Of a DNA stretch of 64,000 nt, positions 61,100 to 64,000 are shown in pieces. Under the pieces are notes generated by a model, which was given only the letters and a program-made list of their open reading frames with translations, was not told where the DNA came from and did not search any database. Made by a program: the position numbers and the translations under genes. The stretch lies in NCBI RefSeq assembly GCF_009914755.1, contig NC_060938.1; one strand, 5' to 3'. The stretch comes from the human T2T-CHM13v2.0 reference genome, Homo sapiens. Numbering within the stretch: position 1 is the first letter of the stretch; each line of letters starts with the position of its first letter.

Positions 61100-63769
61100 C
61101 TCCTGTATGTCCTTCAAGACCCCTTCAAATGTCCTTTTCTCAGCATGCTTCCCCAGACATCTAATGCCCAGGCGGGAGAGTCCTGCACACCATGTCCCGA
61201 AGGAGTCCCCATAGCAGAGGAGCAGAAGGCAAGCAGCGCCCCAGTTCTGTGATGGGGAGCCTGACTTTCAGAGGTAGAGCTGGGCCCATGGCCGTGAGTG
61301 ACCGATGAGCAGGCCCGGATGGTCAGCGCGAGTCAGCAGCACGGGCTCATCATGGGGCACGGATTCACCAGAAACTCCCTGCCTGGCCCAGTGTGTACTC
61401 GCCTGTGGCCCTCAGATTTTCCCTGGCAATTCCTCCCCGCTCACCCTGCTGTCCTGCACTGAGACAGTGGCACATGACTCCCAGCTGCCCAAGCCCTGGA
61501 AGGTCCCAGACCCTGGCTCTGACTCAGCTGCTTGGAGGGTCCTAGTCCTGGGAACTGCCCTAGAGCCGAGATTAGAGTACCCCTCCCTCAGGAAGCCCCG
61601 GGGTGTCAGCTGCTCCTGGGCCTCACTCTGCCCCACCCATGCCTGCCTCAGGGCCCAGCCCCTCACCCAAGAGCCCCAGAGGCCTGGGCCCAACCTGGGC
61701 TTCACGGGTGGGGACCAGGGCAGGGTTTCTGGGTGGGTGGAGGGCAGCAGGCCGGTGGGGGCACACCCTGTCTAGTAGCATGTGATGAGGCAGGGTTGCC
61801 CCTGAGGGCCCAAGAGGCCCTCACCCCTGCAGCCTAGGTCTGGGGCTGTCCCCCCCACTCCCTCTTCTCTGCCTCCATTGCGGCTTTGCTCTCTCCACCC
61901 ACCACCTCTGGGCCAGAAGATGGAGGATAGGTGGGCTGCCAGGGGACCCGAGTCCCCCAACAGTCCACTGCACAGGTAGGGAAACTGAGGCACAGAGCTG
62001 CAACTCCGGAATCCTGGCCATAAGTGGTTCCCCAGTGCATGACCCTAGAGGGCAGAGAGTTTTCAGGCAGAGTCCTGGAAGGTTCCTCAGAAAAGGAGAC
62101 ACCTGTGCAGGTGGACATTGGAGAAGGGTGGGCAAGTCATGCAGGGGGGTGGGAGGTGCCCCAGAAGCAGTGGGTGGAGAGGGTGCACTTCCAGCCTCTG
62201 GGCTGGCAAGTGCCATTTCCAAAGCTGCTCTAAGCAGGGTGGGCACTGGACTCAGTGCCCCCATAGCCCCGGGGCTGTTGGGCTCGCACGCCAGCCTGGA
62301 GGGGCCTTGAGCGAGAGGGTCCCCAGAGAGGGGCCTGGCTCCTGATGCCCTCAGGAGGGAGTGAGCAACTGCCGGGCCTCGCGCCCTGTCCTCACCAGCC
62401 ACAGAGGGTGGGCGCTGTCATCAGTATGCATGGGTTGAGTGCCTCCCACGTGCCAGCCCCTGCCCATTCAGGACGCCCAGGCCTGCCCTTCGGGGCTCCC
62501 AGGAGCCAGACCCAGAACTGGGCACACAGTGCAGAGTGAGCTGTGGCTGCGGGAGCGGTGGTGGCCTGGACCCTGTGTGGCAGGTGTGGGTCGGTGTGGA
62601 GTGGGGGAGTGGACGGGCCTTTCTGTCTCAGGAGCTCTGCGCACTGCCCACTCCTGGACACTGGAACTTAGCCTCGAGAGAAGTCGCTTCCCGAGGTGGC
62701 CAGCGGGTTGGCAGCAGACAGGCTGGGTGCCAGGTGTGTGCACCCCGGAGCCAGCGGGTTGGGCCCTGCCCCCGGTGGGTCATCAGTGAACAAGGAGGGG
62801 CACAGTGGGACCAGCCTGCTGCCCTGCCCCAGCAGTGGCCTTGCCAGCCCATGGGCCCTCCCCACGCGGAGCCTCTGTGCCCAGGGGAGCCTGTGTGGCC
62901 CAGCCCGGTAGCCAGGACGAGGGCGTTTCAAAGTCAGGCCGCCTCCAAAGCAGTGGCGTTGGTGGGAGGGAATAACTTGCTCCCACCAGGCTGAGAATAG
63001 CTCAGAATTGGGTCACGCTCACCGAGATCTCCGGTCACAGCCTCCAGCCTTTGACAATAATCAGCTTTCTCCCCGACATCTGTCCCTTCAAAGAGGGGGC
63101 AGGCCAGTGCAGGCACTTCTAGAAGCAGCAAAGCAGAGGGGACGGGAGTGGGGAGGGGCGTCCTCACCTCCTGGCCCCCCATGGCAGGCCCCCTCCCTCC
63201 CATGCTCCCACCCCATGCTCCCTTCCGTGCCTCAGGTCCCACCAGCTTCCCGCGCAGGGCCAGGTAGGGGAGCAAAGCACGGCAGTGCCCCCTGACAGAT
63301 GAGGACACCAGCTAGGGGCTGCGGGGAGGGTGGCGCCTGTGCCTGGCCCTCTGGTGCTCTGCCACCCATGCCCCTCAGCTCCTGAGACTTAGGGGCCTGC
63401 ATGCCACTGCCCCAAGCCGCCCTCCTCTCGCCCCTCCCGGTCTGTCCTGGGCTCTTCTAACGTGGTTGAAGGGCATGGGTCAGAGCAGGCCGTCCTGCTC
63501 CGCCAGGCTTTTGGGGGCTTGTTTCCCCCAGCCCAGGACTTCACCCCGTGTCTTGTTTCCTATCCATTTTCCCGTGTCGGGCCCTCCTCATCCCAGAGCA
63601 GCCTTGAGAGGGCTGAGGTGGGTGGTGTCACAGGCCCTCAGAGCCTGCATCTGTGCTGTCACCTGCGTATGCTGCCACCAGGTGGGTGCTGAAGCCATCC
63701 TCGTAGCAGCATAGTAGGTGCCTCCTGCACAGAGAGATAGATATGCCTACCACATGCCAGGCACGCTGA

Positions 63770-64000
<231 letters not shown>

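Overview
Human-type (primate) genomic DNA, recognisable as the MARK3 - CKB - TRMT61A neighbourhood (chr14q32.3 from prior knowledge). The left ~28 kb is the 3' end of MARK3 (+): exons of 104, 258, 27 and 45 nt plus the KA1-domain terminal exon, in AT-rich introns. I count about 50 Alu elements in the first 40.4 kb. The complete brain-type creatine kinase gene CKB lies on the minus strand (~43.7-46.9 kb; 7 coding exons = 1146 nt = 381 aa) inside a CpG island. The complete tRNA m1A58 methyltransferase catalytic subunit gene TRMT61A lies on the plus strand (~53.2-61.1 kb; 3 coding exons = 870 nt = 289 aa), divergent from CKB. An intact 989-bp HERV-K(HML-2) LTR5-type solo LTR with a 6-bp TSD sits between the two promoters. 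Almost all ORF-track entries are Alu or GC-rich artefacts. I see no evidence of a new multi-gene system, RNA gene or CRISPR array. The most notable observations are: (1) a 156-nt in-frame MARK3 cassette exon missed by the ORF track, resembling the MARK1/MARK2 'RHQKSMS' segment; (2) a near-consensus CTCF site just downstream of a weak GAG-acceptor cassette exon; (3) three identical CCAAGGTCA (ERR/NR5A) sites and a 14-bp CRE palindrome in CKB; (4) the solo LTR pointing at CKB; (5) convergent CTCF motifs bracketing CKB+TRMT61A. Repeat subfamily names come from recalled consensus sequences, not alignments.
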